A DNA stretch of 63,906 nucleotides, filler included, from Globobulimina sp. (GCA_003354225.1; 56 parts of 56 records of this genome joined end to end with filler, not necessarily neighbours in it), one strand, 5' to 3'; positions 1 to 10,699 are shown, counted from the first letter of the whole stretch. Notes: generated from the sequence alone by a model not told the origin. A program made the numbers and translations.

Positions 1-254
1 CAAAAAATGTAGTAATACTCGTGGGGCGGAACAAAATTGTTTCTGATATTGACGAGGCGGTCTTACGGATAAAGAACTTTGCAGCACCGGCCAATGTAAT
101 GCGCCTGGATAAAAAAAATCCCTGTGCAAAAACGTCTTATTGTGAAGACTGTAAAAGCCCGGATCGTATATGCAATACATGGACAATTACGGAAAAATCC
201 TTTCCAAAGGGCAGAGTAAAGGTTATTCTGATCAACGAAGACCTTGGCCTGTAA
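1..254 (+). CDS. LUD (lactate utilization) domain protein, C-terminal fragment, bacterial
   Basis: Motif GRNKIV..A..R...AAP.N..RL..NPC...C.DC.SP.RIC...R..VIL..E.LG, typical of anaerobe YkgG/LUD proteins. Confidence 0.85.
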   Translation, partial: KNVVILVGRNKIVSDIDEAVLRIKNFAAPANVMRLDKKNPCAKTSYCEDCKSPDRICNTWTITEKSFPKGRVKVILINEDLGL

Positions 255-601
255 TAAATTTGTATTGAACCTGAAGTAAACCTGAAATAAACCTGAAATA
301 AAAATGATCGGCTTTTTCACCGATAGGGTCTGTAAGCCGTGATTATATTGACGGTGCCGGAGCCAAAAAATTGGCGACAACAGGAAAAATATTGTTTGCC
401 ATGTAAATATTTGGACATGAAAAACCGGCCTTTTGTGATAAGGATACGTTTTAGCGCATTATTTACATGCTGTACAATGGCCGTGAGCAAACGAGATAAT
501 ACTGCAATCAGATGGCATATTATTTGCTTCGATTGTATTGTTAATAAAAGAACAACGCCTTGCCGGACAATACTTTATGACAACAAAACGCACGTGCAAT
601 A

Positions 602-757
602 TTGATGAACTCGTAAAAAGTATAACCGATGGCTAAGTAAAAATCTTCATATACAAGGAATAGTGTTTGGTCAGGCGTGAAGGCATACATGTAGTATGTC
701 GAACGTCTGGCCAAACACTATAACGCAGTAGATGGAGACTTTTTACGACGACATCAA
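602..757. repeat. Nested palindromic intergenic element (REP/MITE-like), bacterial
   Basis: Terminal IR TTGATGAACTCGTAAAAAGT (602-621) / ACTTTTTACGACGACATCAA (738-757), 17/20 match; inner stem TAGTGTTTGG..CCAAACACTA (661-720). Confidence 0.8.
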
Positions 758-759
758 AC

Positions 760-787
760 TTGACAGATTTTTTAAATGTTATATAAA
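760..787 (+). promoter_or_regulatory. Putative sigma70 promoter
   Basis: TTGACA 760-765, 16-nt spacer, TATAAA 782-787; downstream AAGGAGAG RBS and ATG at 872. Confidence 0.45.
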
Positions 788-871
788 ACCTATAGAGTTG
801 AGTAGTCAGATGTATGCAGTTATTTTCAAATTTACGGCTTGCAGCAGCACTGTTTTAAAAGGAGAGAAACA

Positions 872-1044
872 ATGTTCAAATTAATTAAGAAGATAAAAAA
901 ACGAACCGTAACTGGATATCCGTTACAATGGGTATTGGGATTGTTTTTGCGTTGTGCCTGGTTATTAATACCGGATGTGACAGCGGTTCACCGTCCCATA
1001 CGGATATAGAGAATCCCACCTCGGAAACGGTTTCGCAATATCCA
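872..1044 (+). CDS. Putative lipoprotein, N-terminal fragment, frameshifted in an A7 run
   Basis: RBS plus ATG 872; adding one A to the run at 895-901 gives MFKLIKKIKKTNRNWISVTMGIGIVFALCLVINTG-C, a signal peptide with lipobox. Confidence 0.5.
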
Positions 1045-1144
1045 NNNNNNNNNNNNNNNNNNNNNNNNNNNNNNNNNNNNNNNNNNNNTTAATTAATTAA
1101 NNNNNNNNNNNNNNNNNNNNNNNNNNNNNNNNNNNNNNNNNNNN
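1045..1144. other. Artificial contig-joining spacer N44-TTAATTAATTAA-N44 (first of 55, recurring about every 1143 bp)
   Basis: Identical 100-bp linker with six-frame stops between every ~1043-bp segment; segment lengths fall monotonically from 1044 to 1042. Confidence 0.99.
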
Positions 1145-2188
1145 CGAAACTGATATTAATTTAGCGGTGAATATAGCGCAATATCTAAGCGATCGCATGA
1201 ACGTTGTGGGCGATTTGTTATTTCCCATTCCCTGCCACGACCATACCATGGCCTTTGCCAATGATTTATATTTCAACGACGCGCCGTGGATAAAAACCAA
1301 AAAGAAAACAAAAATAAAATTTGTGCATCCTAAATTGAGCATAAATGTCTGCAAGAAATTGGGTGTCAACTCGTTTCGGGAATTATTTGTCAGTAAAAAT
1401 TCCGAGTCATTGAGCTTTGAGTTTAATAATCAATTACAAGGCACCAAAGCCTTCGGACAACACGAATCGTTAACTCGTAGATTGAAGGATATATTACGTG
1501 CATATCCCGAGGGACCGTCCATTATTTATGAGTTTATACAAAACGCAGACGATGCGAAAGCCACAAAAGTTATTATTTTATTGAATGAAAAGCAGTATAG
1601 CACCGATTCATTGTTATCCAGTGAATTGAAACAGTTTCAAGGGCCGAATTTAATGATTTATAATAACAGCAAATTCGATGAGAGAGACTTTATAAATCTG
1701 AGCCGGATCGGTCAAGGCTCAAAGCTGCAAAAATTAGAAGCAACGGGGCGGTTTGGTTTGGGCTTTAATTGTTGTTATCATTTAACTGATGTACCGTCAT
1801 TGGTGTCGTCCAAAAGTATCGTATTTTTTGATCCGCATACTACGCATTTGCCGAATGCGAGCAGCAATGCTCCGGGGATACGGATTAATTTCTTGCAAAC
1901 GGATTTAGTGAATACTTTCCCTGATCAATTCAGACCATTTCAGGATTTTGGTGATATATTCGATTGTAAGTTAGACGAAGAATTCAATGGCACTTTGTTT
2001 AGATTTCCGTTGCGAAATGCTGACATTGCAAAGAATTCGGAAATAAAATCTGAAATTACATCCGTGGAAAGCGTGAAAGAAATTATTTTAAAATTTTCTA
2101 AATTTGCAAAGGAAACGTTATTGTTTCTACGCTATGTCTGTTGTATACAGCTAATGATTGCCGACAAAGATGGCAAAGTTAATAACAT
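1145..2188 (+). CDS. Sacsin-like protein fragment (HSP90-like ATPase SRR domain)
   Basis: FGQHESLTRRLKDILRAYPEG..EFIQNADDA, QGP.L..YNN..F, G.FGLGFN..YHLTDVP and GTLFRFPLR are sacsin repeat motifs. Confidence 0.93.
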
Positions 2189-2288
2189 NNNNNNNNNNNN
2201 NNNNNNNNNNNNNNNNNNNNNNNNNNNNNNNNTTAATTAATTAANNNNNNNNNNNNNNNNNNNNNNNNNNNNNNNNNNNNNNNNNNNN

Positions 2289-2823
2289 ATTCATAATTAT
2301 TTGTAAATGGGATGGATTGTATATGTCCGTGCACTTCGAATGTACGAATATGTTTGAACTCTCCTGTTTGTTTTGTATGCGGTCCTTTTATATCTGTAAT
2401 ATGCCGTGAATCGAAGTAAATATTCCCTCCGATAATGCATCGATAATCATATAAATAATATACATAATCTCCAGCCATTGGTATTTCGTTCCTCAGTGTA
2501 TAAAAATCTTGGGCTGTTCCAAGCATTCTGTTGCTCCATGGTCTGCGTAGTAACACTGTTTCTATAACGGCAATATAATAACTGTCAATTAAATAGTTTC
2601 CATGTAATGGTGCCGTGAAATTCCATTCCAAATGTAACCATGCTGCGGATGGCGACCATCGTTTCTTGGTATTTTTTGCAAACGGTATTTGATTATTATT
2701 CACAGGTTTGTCGGGATTGGAGTTACTTGATTTTGAGTGTTGCGTTAAGTATATTGCTATTGCTGCAGTTACAATAGTTAAGAATGCAGGTTTGAGAAAC
2801 CATGATTTTATCATTTTAAACAT
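2289..2823 (-). CDS. Hypothetical type II membrane or secreted protein, fragment
   Basis: Open frame with N-terminal hydrophobic anchor (AFLTIVTAAIAIYL). Confidence 0.5.
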
Positions 2824-2880
2824 TGTACAAAACACACTAAAACTTTTCCTCACTAACCTTTAAAACACAAACTTTTCCTC

Positions 2881-3332
2881 ATGACAGCCAAACTTATGAT
2901 GTTTGCTTTCATAGCCTTCATTATTTCGACCACAGCAATGACATCATCACAAGATATTTCATCCGCGGCCGAATGGCGACGACGAAAACCTGGACCAACA
3001 CCATCAACAACCAACGATTGTTCTGACGAATGTACCGGTGTTGAAATGCCAAATTTCTGTGATTATGCCGCCCATTTATGGGATAATCCAGCAACGCCTT
3101 TAGAAGAGCGCAATAATATTGGCATGGCACAATATTTAAGCTCAACAAACACATTAAAAGCATTGGCATTGGGCAAATTAGGTAAAACGTACAAATTATC
3201 CTACAAATATACAAATTCTATGCCGGCATTTGGTGGACGTTCGTGGTACACAGCATTACGGCATCACGGTACGAGCGCATTTGGTGTTGTTCCGGATTAT
3301 TATGAGTATGATACAAATAATAACACCCAATG
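2881..3332 (+). CDS. Hypothetical secreted protein, fragment
   Basis: Signal peptide MTAKLMMFAFIAFIISTTA; frame stays open to the contig end. Confidence 0.55.
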
Positions 3333-3461
3333 NNNNNNNNNNNNNNNNNNNNNNNNNNNNNNNNNNNNNNNNNNNNTTAATTAATTAANNNNNNNNNNNN
3401 NNNNNNNNNNNNNNNNNNNNNNNNNNNNNNNNAAAAAAAAAACTTTAAAGACTTTTGAGTC

Positions 3462-4476
3462 ATGAATAACGACATTGATGAAACAGCCAACGAAGGAGAA
3501 GGCGATTTTAATTTTGATGCATGGGTTCATACGAATAATTTAGCAGAAATTAAAGATTTATTCATTAAACACAAAGCAACAACACCACAATCATTAAAAT
3601 TTACATCACAGCAATTTAAAAACTTAATGGTTGATCCACAATTATTGGCAAAAAGTCATATGATTCCTCGTGTTTGCGATGCGATGCAGAAAATCCGTGT
3701 ACGTGATGATCAGCCAAAACAACGGTAATTATATCCTTGCACATCGTATACATATATGTATTGTTAATATGTATATATTTGACAGTGTTGTCATCACCGA
3801 AGACGAGGAAATAGCAATGGAAGAAATGAAAGAAAATCTAAGAAAAGCAAAAGATGTTGAAAAAGAATTGAATGATTTAAAAGAAAAATACCCGAAAAGT
3901 TTAAAAAGAATCAAAGATGTAAAATTAAGAGAAATTGAGCAAACTAAAAATAAGATAAATAAATCATTTCAAGATCTAAAGAATGCATTGAATGTTAAAA
4001 AAGAAAATTTACTCAAAAGAGTGCAACAAATTGAGCAACAACAAGAGAATGAAAGTTGTGATGATAACAAAGAAAATGATGTATTATCAAATTGTGCCAA
4101 AGATTTAAGGTCAGAAAGACAATCAATATCAAAGGCATTGCAAATATGTAATAATATGATCGATTGCGGAATAAATAAAAATAGAAAAAAAAGAAAAGAA
4201 GACATTAAGAAAATTGCTAAAGACACAAATGATAAATTCAATCACACCAAAAATGAAATTAATAAAAACGTTGAAATTGTACAAAATATGATTGATAAAA
4301 ATGATAAAAAAATTGTTAAAATAAATTTTGAAATAAACAATAAAAAATATGATAAGATATTAAGTAAAATAAATACTTTTGGTATAATTATAAATAAAGA
4401 GTTTGATCCAGATATTCCACAAGAAAATAAATTAAATAATGAATGGAAAGAAGACGGCGATGAGTTAAAAATAAAA
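3462..4476 (+). CDS. SAM-like plus coiled-coil protein; intron 3725-3785
   Basis: GTAATT..GACAG 61-nt intron joins QPKQR to VVITEDEE in frame; long K/E-rich coiled coil follows. Confidence 0.7.
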
Positions 4477-5062
4477 NNNNNNNNNNNNNNNNNNNNNNNN
4501 NNNNNNNNNNNNNNNNNNNNTTAATTAATTAANNNNNNNNNNNNNNNNNNNNNNNNNNNNNNNNNNNNNNNNNNNNTCGGTTCAAAAATTCTGTATTCAT
4601 TTTGATTTGAGGAAGATGTTGAATTTGATTTGTGTTTGGATTTTGATTTTTTCTTTGCTTTTTTGCCTGTCTCTGCATCAGCACTGCCACCAACTACAGG
4701 TTGCAATACCTGCACTGCAGAACCTTCTTCAATTGCTGCTAATGGACCTTTCGGAGCAGTAAAAGTCATAATATCTAGAACAGAAAACAAGTAAACTCTC
4801 CTATCCTATACTAACAAATAATTGACGAACCTGTTTTGTATGTTGTATGGTTTTTCGATTATTTTGCGTAATTAAATGCTAATTTTTGTGAGAATAATTC
4901 ATAATTCCGCAGATTTACCGCAAACTAATTGTTGTGGGAATGATTCATAATCGCAGCTGATTAAATTATCATACAACATACTTCACGTTTTTTAGACGAA
5001 TTCACGTATTTTTGATACAATGTCAACTAAATAATAATTTTGAATCGGCATTAATATTTACA

Positions 5063-5620
5063 ATGTTATCACTGCACAACAACCTTATTCCATCAATATA
5101 TCTGTTTCTATTTTTAGAAACGTTGCTACCCATTCAAGCACAAACACAAATAAACGAGAACTGTGAATGTGACACTTTTGAATGTGATGAATATAGTCAG
5201 TATTCACCACAGTTTAATGACTGTATTACTAATAACCCATTATGGATATCAATAGCACCAATACAATGTACCCATTGTATTTCCTGTCATATATCGAGCA
5301 ATAACGCATCACAAAGCATCTGTTCATGTGACTCTCGATCTAATTGCAGCTCACTCACTAATTCAGATGAAAAAAACACTGTTTTTTGGTGGATAATAAT
5401 CGGTGCCACAATAGGTGTAATATTAAGTTCATTTATTGCATTTATCGTATATTTTTTGTGCAAAGTGATACGCGATGATCAACAATTGGCCATGAAACAT
5501 ATTCAAAGACATAAAAAATCATTTGTTGATGATATAGATTCCAACGACAACACAAACAACAATAAAAACTCTGAAGTGGATGCACTGAAAACGGATGGAA
5601 TATGCCATAAACAACTTGTG
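5063..5620 (+). CDS. Cys-rich single-pass membrane protein, fragment
   Basis: Signal peptide, Cys-rich ectodomain and TM segment (FWWIIIGATIGVILSSFIAFIVYFLC). Confidence 0.6.
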
Positions 5621-5720
5621 NNNNNNNNNNNNNNNNNNNNNNNNNNNNNNNNNNNNNNNNNNNNTTAATTAATTAANNNNNNNNNNNNNNNNNNNNNNNN
5701 NNNNNNNNNNNNNNNNNNNN

Positions 5721-5967
5721 CTAAATTAAAATCACTCACTGAATCTGTTATATGTTGTTTAATATCATAATTTTCATCAATATCCTCTGCCTCAGGTACA
5801 ATATCTTCAGCTGCTTTGCTATCGGCCTCCAAAATGATAGATCCTGATTCTTCATCAAATAAATCAGTTATGACTGGATCTTCCGTTGTTTCTGGTTTTT
5901 TTGATTCCAGCAATGGTGCTGTTTGATCCTGTGGAACCTTTCGGCATTGACTACAGCAAAGACCCAT
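5721..5967 (-). CDS. N-myristoylated/palmitoylated protein, possibly LAMTOR1/Ego1-like
   Basis: MGLCCS acylation motif followed by a DQTAPLL dileucine-type sorting signal. Confidence 0.45.
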
Positions 5968-6227
5968 TGTTTTAAGCTGATCAGTTCAGTAATTTAAATC
6001 TAAGATATTTCTGGCACTCACTGGCAGCGCACAGATTGTAGGAAAAAAATGCAAAAATATGAAATTAATTAAATCAAACAAATGCTAGAATTAATAAAAA
6101 AATAAATATAAATGAAAAAAAAAAATGCATAAATTAATAATTGGTGATAATTTAATTTTGTTAAACTTCAACACGAGGTTCACTCAGAAACTGTACAAGT
6201 CATATGTATAATATTAATATTATAAAA

Positions 6228-6701
6228 TTATTGTGGTTCATAAAATATATAAGTAATAAAATCTCTAACTTTTTTCTGTTGTTTTGTTTCAATTTGATTG
6301 TAAATGACAAATCCAACCACAATGCCACCACAGCCACAAACACAGCCTACAATGGCACAAATTGCTGAAAATAAAAATATTAATAATATCAGACTCACTC
6401 CATCATATTTAAAGCCATCATATGTTTCATATCCATATCCATTAAATGAAGAATGTTCTGCCTCATCATCATCATAATAGCCATCATCATAATAGCCATC
6501 ATCATAATAGCCATCATATAATATATCATCATGAAGTGCATGAGCCTTTTTTCTTTTTTTTGTTGCATGTTTTCTAAGTTTTTTTATTGCCGTCCCAGCT
6601 GCCTGCTGTGTTGCCGCTGTTCCCGCAGCAACCGCTGCCTGCTGAGCCATTTTCTTTGGTGACCCTCCTCCGGATAATAGCTGTTGAGCTGCTGCAGTCA
6701 T
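6228..6701 (-). CDS. Low-complexity membrane protein with YYDDG repeats, C-terminal part
   Basis: 15-bp tandem repeat (about 6465-6520) encoding YYDDG, plus a C-terminal TM segment. Confidence 0.55.
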   Translation of the reverse strand: MTAAAQQLLSGGGSPKKMAQQAAVAAGTAATQQAAGTAIKKLRKHATKKRKKAHALHDDILYDGYYDDGYYDDGYYDDDEAEHSSFNGYGYETYDGFKYDGVSLILLIFLFSAICAIVGCVCGCGGIVVGFVIYNQIETKQQKKVRDFITYIFYEPQ

Positions 6702-6864
6702 CGCAATGTACTAATAAGTAATTTTTGTTTTCCACGTCTTTTTTAATTTTATATATTCTTCTATNNNNNNNNNNNNNNNNNNNNNNNNNNNNNNNNNNNN
6801 NNNNNNNNTTAATTAATTAANNNNNNNNNNNNNNNNNNNNNNNNNNNNNNNNNNNNNNNNNNNN

Positions 6865-7700
6865 GCTGATAAATCAATTTGGATGTATTTGGTGAGCATT
6901 TTGAAGGAAATGACATTAAATTCAGTTTCAAACAACTCGCGATATTTGTGTCTCGGGCCTGGAATATCTCGCATGACATAAACATTCGGTTCATGCAACA
7001 ATAAGGATAGCAATATCATATCAGCATCGTTGCTGAATAAGATATGTGAATCAGAAACGTTATAATTTTTGGAATATCTTAAATTGCGAATAAAGTCTAA
7101 TATTTTATGTTCTCCTTCGCCGGACACACTGGAATCGCTGATTATGATTTTAAATTGTTTGTTTTTGGAGTGTTTTAAGGTGTTTTGAGCGTATTCTCGT
7201 AAACCTTTTGTTACTTTGATCATGAACGAGGTGCCTGGGGTTATTTGATTTGAATCCCATGTTTGATGGAATCGTGTTTTTTCTTTGTTTTTGTTGTTTT
7301 TGTTTAGTTTGGCTTCATAATCTTTAATGAATCTTCTCTCTCTCTGTTGCATCATTTTTGCGCGCGGTGGCGGTCCATCGATGGCAATGAATAACACTTG
7401 TTTTGGTTCAATATATTCTAATAACATATCAATGTAACGACACATAAAACTGATCTGTTCTTCCTCACTTTCTGGTTTTGGATTTAGCTGACAATGATAA
7501 AAGGTAATTTTAATTATTTATTTGAGGGAAATCAAACTTAGAAATAAATTAACTTTTCCTTCAGGATGACAACATGGGTGAATAATACCATTCATATCCA
7601 AATAGAAGTAATCGCAAATGACTTTATTATTTCTGGATAAGTATCTCGCCATTCTGGGGTATTTTTCCTTTAGCCAGGAAAAGAATGCTGGAACACCCAT
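6865..7700 (-). CDS. 5'-3' exoribonuclease (XRN1/XRN2 family), N-terminal part; intron 7488-7553
   Basis: MGVPAFF.W, YLDMNGIIHPC.H, AIDG..PRAKM.QQR.RRF, DSN.ITPGT.FM, GEGEHKI and DAD.I.L.L..HEP; the 66-nt GT-AG intron joins the exons in frame. Confidence 0.95.
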
Positions 7701-7707
7701 GCTTTAA

Positions 7708-7889
7708 GGGAATGTTGGTAAATTACGTAATTAAAATTTGACCCTAGGTCCTACATTGTTGCAATTTGTTACAATGTGAAAAATCTGCTTCAACTCCTTT
7801 ACAATCCTTTAAGAAAAAAAGTTTGAATTTGTTGCAATTGCGATGGGACCTAGGGTCAAATTTTCATTACGTAATTTACAAACATTCCC
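7708..7889. mobile_element. Tourist/PIF-Harbinger-like MITE, 182 bp, TAA target-site duplication
   Basis: 44-bp TIRs (7708-7751 / 7846-7889, 42/44 match) starting GGG; TAA at 7705-7707 and 7890-7892. Confidence 0.88.
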
Positions 7890-8008
7890 TAACAGCATGT
7901 CTACTCCTNNNNNNNNNNNNNNNNNNNNNNNNNNNNNNNNNNNNNNNNNNNNTTAATTAATTAANNNNNNNNNNNNNNNNNNNNNNNNNNNNNNNNNNNN
8001 NNNNNNNN

Positions 8009-8129
8009 CTTCGTGTCTGTTTGTAGAAAAAATACTAGCATCGCACTTATCCAAAGAAATTGCACTAATTTTGTTTAATTCACCACGCATCAACCTTTCG
8101 TAATCTAAACCTGTATATATATAAATCAT
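8009..8129 (-). CDS. Hypothetical protein, N-terminal fragment (prokaryotic or phage)
   Basis: AGGAGGT SD then ATG 8129; MIYIYTGLDYERLMRGELNKISAISLDK is open to the contig end. Confidence 0.6.
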
Positions 8130-8139
8130 ACCGACCTCC

Positions 8140-8754
8140 TTAAAATTTTATATCTGACCATAGGCCAATGTTTGTACCAATCTTATAAAGCAGTGACTTC
8201 TCTTCAGGGTCTATTCTTCTTCTGACACATTCTGTTAATCTTGATATTATTGGGTAGCCAGTGGTTTTAGTAAGATTATAAAGATCTTTGCTTAGATTGA
8301 GAATGTGTTGAGAATTGTCTCCAGTTATATGACTACTTATAGAAATATGGTTGTATCTGTGACAATTTATACTATCTATAGAATTGGGCTTATCAATTAC
8401 AAATGCGGCTATATAATTGTTTTCAGTATGGTTTGTGCTAATCCCAATACCAAGTAGATTTGCCATATCTTTATACATTTCAAAATATTCACTTGAATTC
8501 TTAATTGTAAAAATCATGGTTTTGTTAGAAAAGTCTTTTGATCCAACTCTTTCAACCAGCCTCTTTATTCTACCAAATAAGCAATTACTAAAACCATCAC
8601 GAACACCATAGTACTTTGAAATATTAGGTATAATATTGCCCATTTCAGACGCCCCTTTTGATTCAATGTCACCATCATTAAAAAACCATATAGATTCACT
8701 GGTTTGCACATTGATCAAGGCAAATTCAGCAATTCTATTGTCACATGTTTCCAT
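8140..8754 (-). CDS. Hypothetical protein, paralog A (phage-like)
   Basis: AGGAGGTG SD 6 nt before ATG 8754; C-terminus VRRRIDPEEKSL..NIGLWSDIKF. Confidence 0.8.
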   Translation of the reverse strand: METCDNRIAEFALINVQTSESIWFFNDGDIESKGASEMGNIIPNISKYYGVRDGFSNCLFGRIKRLVERVGSKDFSNKTMIFTIKNSSEYFEMYKDMANLLGIGISTNHTENNYIAAFVIDKPNSIDSINCHRYNHISISSHITGDNSQHILNLSKDLYNLTKTTGYPIISRLTECVRRRIDPEEKSLLYKIGTNIGLWSDIKF

Positions 8755-8773
8755 ATTATACACCTCCTATGTT

Positions 8774-9052
8774 TTAAAATTTAAGATCTGACCAGAGGCC
8801 AATATTATTACTAGTGTTACTAGGCAGTGATTTGCCTTCAGGATCTATTTTCCTTCTCACATACTCTATCAATCTATCTACCAAAGGAAGTTTAGTAAGA
8901 CCGTGTAGCTCTTCGCTTAAATTAAAAATATGCAGATTTCTATGTGGCAATGTGTTTGCAGCCTCTTTCAATGAATCATTTACAACAAATCCTCTATATG
9001 TATAGTGTTTTATACTATCGAAGCTATTAAGGGAATTACACACGATGGCTGA
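8774..9052 (-). CDS. Hypothetical protein, paralog B, C-terminal fragment (phage-like)
   Basis: C-terminus VRRKIDPEGKSL..NIGLWSDLKF is homologous to the adjacent ORF. Confidence 0.78.
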   Translation of the reverse strand, partial: SAIVCNSLNSFDSIKHYTYRGFVVNDSLKEAANTLPHRNLHIFNLSEELHGLTKLPLVDRLIEYVRRKIDPEGKSLPSNTSNNIGLWSDLKF

Positions 9053-9152
9053 NNNNNNNNNNNNNNNNNNNNNNNNNNNNNNNNNNNNNNNNNNNNTTAA
9101 TTAATTAANNNNNNNNNNNNNNNNNNNNNNNNNNNNNNNNNNNNNNNNNNNN

Positions 9153-10196
9153 TGAATATATCCATTTTTTGAATTCATTCAATCCATTAAAATCTTCATC
9201 TGTATCACTACAAAAAGTTTGTATAATTTCAATGCCATTTACCGGGCCAATCCCTTTTATTCCGTCCGTATAATCACTGCCTAATAACATCGCAATGGAT
9301 ATCAATTTGTTTTGGGTTAAACCTAGTTTTGATTGGACCAATGTGTCCGTATATTTCTCGACATATTTATTCAAATGAAACAAATTTTTATAAATAACTT
9401 TGCCACCAAACAAAAATACATCCGAGTCATCGGTGATTATACCATCCACTAAACCCAATTTATTTAATTCCGCACATTGTGCTTCGGCTTCTGATGGTGA
9501 TGTAATGTATGGAATGCCGAACATGTCCAATAAGTGGAGACATTCATTGATCATTGCTGGCGTCACATGTTCTGAATTACGTATTGCATTGGCTTGGTAC
9601 TGTCCCAATAATATATTTTCTTCGATTAAATTATTTTCCATATTATGCAGTCTCTGTAATGAATTCTCCACACTCACCGTATCATTTTCATTTAATTTTC
9701 TTTTTTTTGCATCATTGTCTTGTTCGGAAATAAAATCGGTGTCATTTAATTTACGTTTTTTATTTCTTGCTCTTGGTCTGCGAAGGGGTTTATTTCTGTT
9801 GTTGTTATCATTTGCATTTCGTTGATTTGCAGTAACTTCCGCCAATGTTTTGGACATTTTTGCTGGATCGGATATCTCAATCAATTTTTCATCCTCTTCA
9901 TCATAGTCCGATGCAATATCATTTGCTGGGATTGCATTGTTAAATTGAGCAATTTCTAATTTTTCAGCTTGTTCTACTTCTTCAAATGTTGGTATTTCAA
10001 ATAAAAATGAATCTGGTACTTTGTTATCATTCCCATCATCTTGCTCCAAATGCGTTGCTGCTGTTGCAGTGCTTGCAGGTAATGGCGATGGTGATGGCGA
10101 CACAGATTGTATGCGAATTTCCAATTTATTGCCAGGAGCTTCATTGTAACCCGGAGGTTTAATATCCATTTCAGCGATAATATCATCATCAGACTC
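9153..10196 (-). CDS. XPG: XPG/RAD2 family endonuclease fragment (spacer plus I-region, H3TH)
   Basis: LL..FGIPYI.SPSEAEAQCAEL...LVDGIITDDSDVFLFGG and LLGSDYTDGIKGIGPV; a long acidic spacer before the I-region favours XPG over FEN1. Confidence 0.9.
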
Positions 10197-10296
10197 NNNN
10201 NNNNNNNNNNNNNNNNNNNNNNNNNNNNNNNNNNNNNNNNTTAATTAATTAANNNNNNNNNNNNNNNNNNNNNNNNNNNNNNNNNNNNNNNNNNNN

Positions 10297-10699
10297 GTTG
10301 GAATTGTTTAAATTTAATTTGTTGATGTATTGGATTACTAGTATTTATTGGTGACGGTGAAGGAGAGTAAGTTACGGATGGTGTTGGTGATGGTGATGGT
10401 AAATTTTTATCGATCACAAATTGAGAGGATGCGGTATTATATTCTTGTTCTGTGATAAGATTTATTTTTGTGCTTCGATACCATCCATATTTGCCATTTT
10501 TAAATGCGATTAAATATGAATTTTTATCGCCTGTTTTCTTTACAAGACCAACTCCTTCTTTTTGTTTACGAATGCAAATATATGCACCAACTTCAAATGC
10601 TTTTTTTGATGTTTTTTTGTTTTGCTGTCGATGTCTGCTCTTTCGATTGCGTTGGTTGCGTTTGTTTAATTTGTTATGTCTCCTCCGTTTGCTAGACAT
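10297..10699 (-). CDS. Hypothetical protein (basic N-terminus, small beta-barrel-like domain, SP repeats)
   Basis: ATG-started open frame running to the contig end. Confidence 0.5.

Noticed and set aside
268-303. Three 11-bp repeats (AACCTGAARTA)
   Set aside because: Short local slippage duplication with no evidence of function.
339-605. 88-aa ORF after the LUD gene
   Set aside because: No RBS or recognisable domain; probably intergenic.
9400-9825. Antisense ORFs over XPG, and similar shadows at 27793, 29293, 49718 and 55459
   Set aside because: They mirror real genes on the opposite strand.
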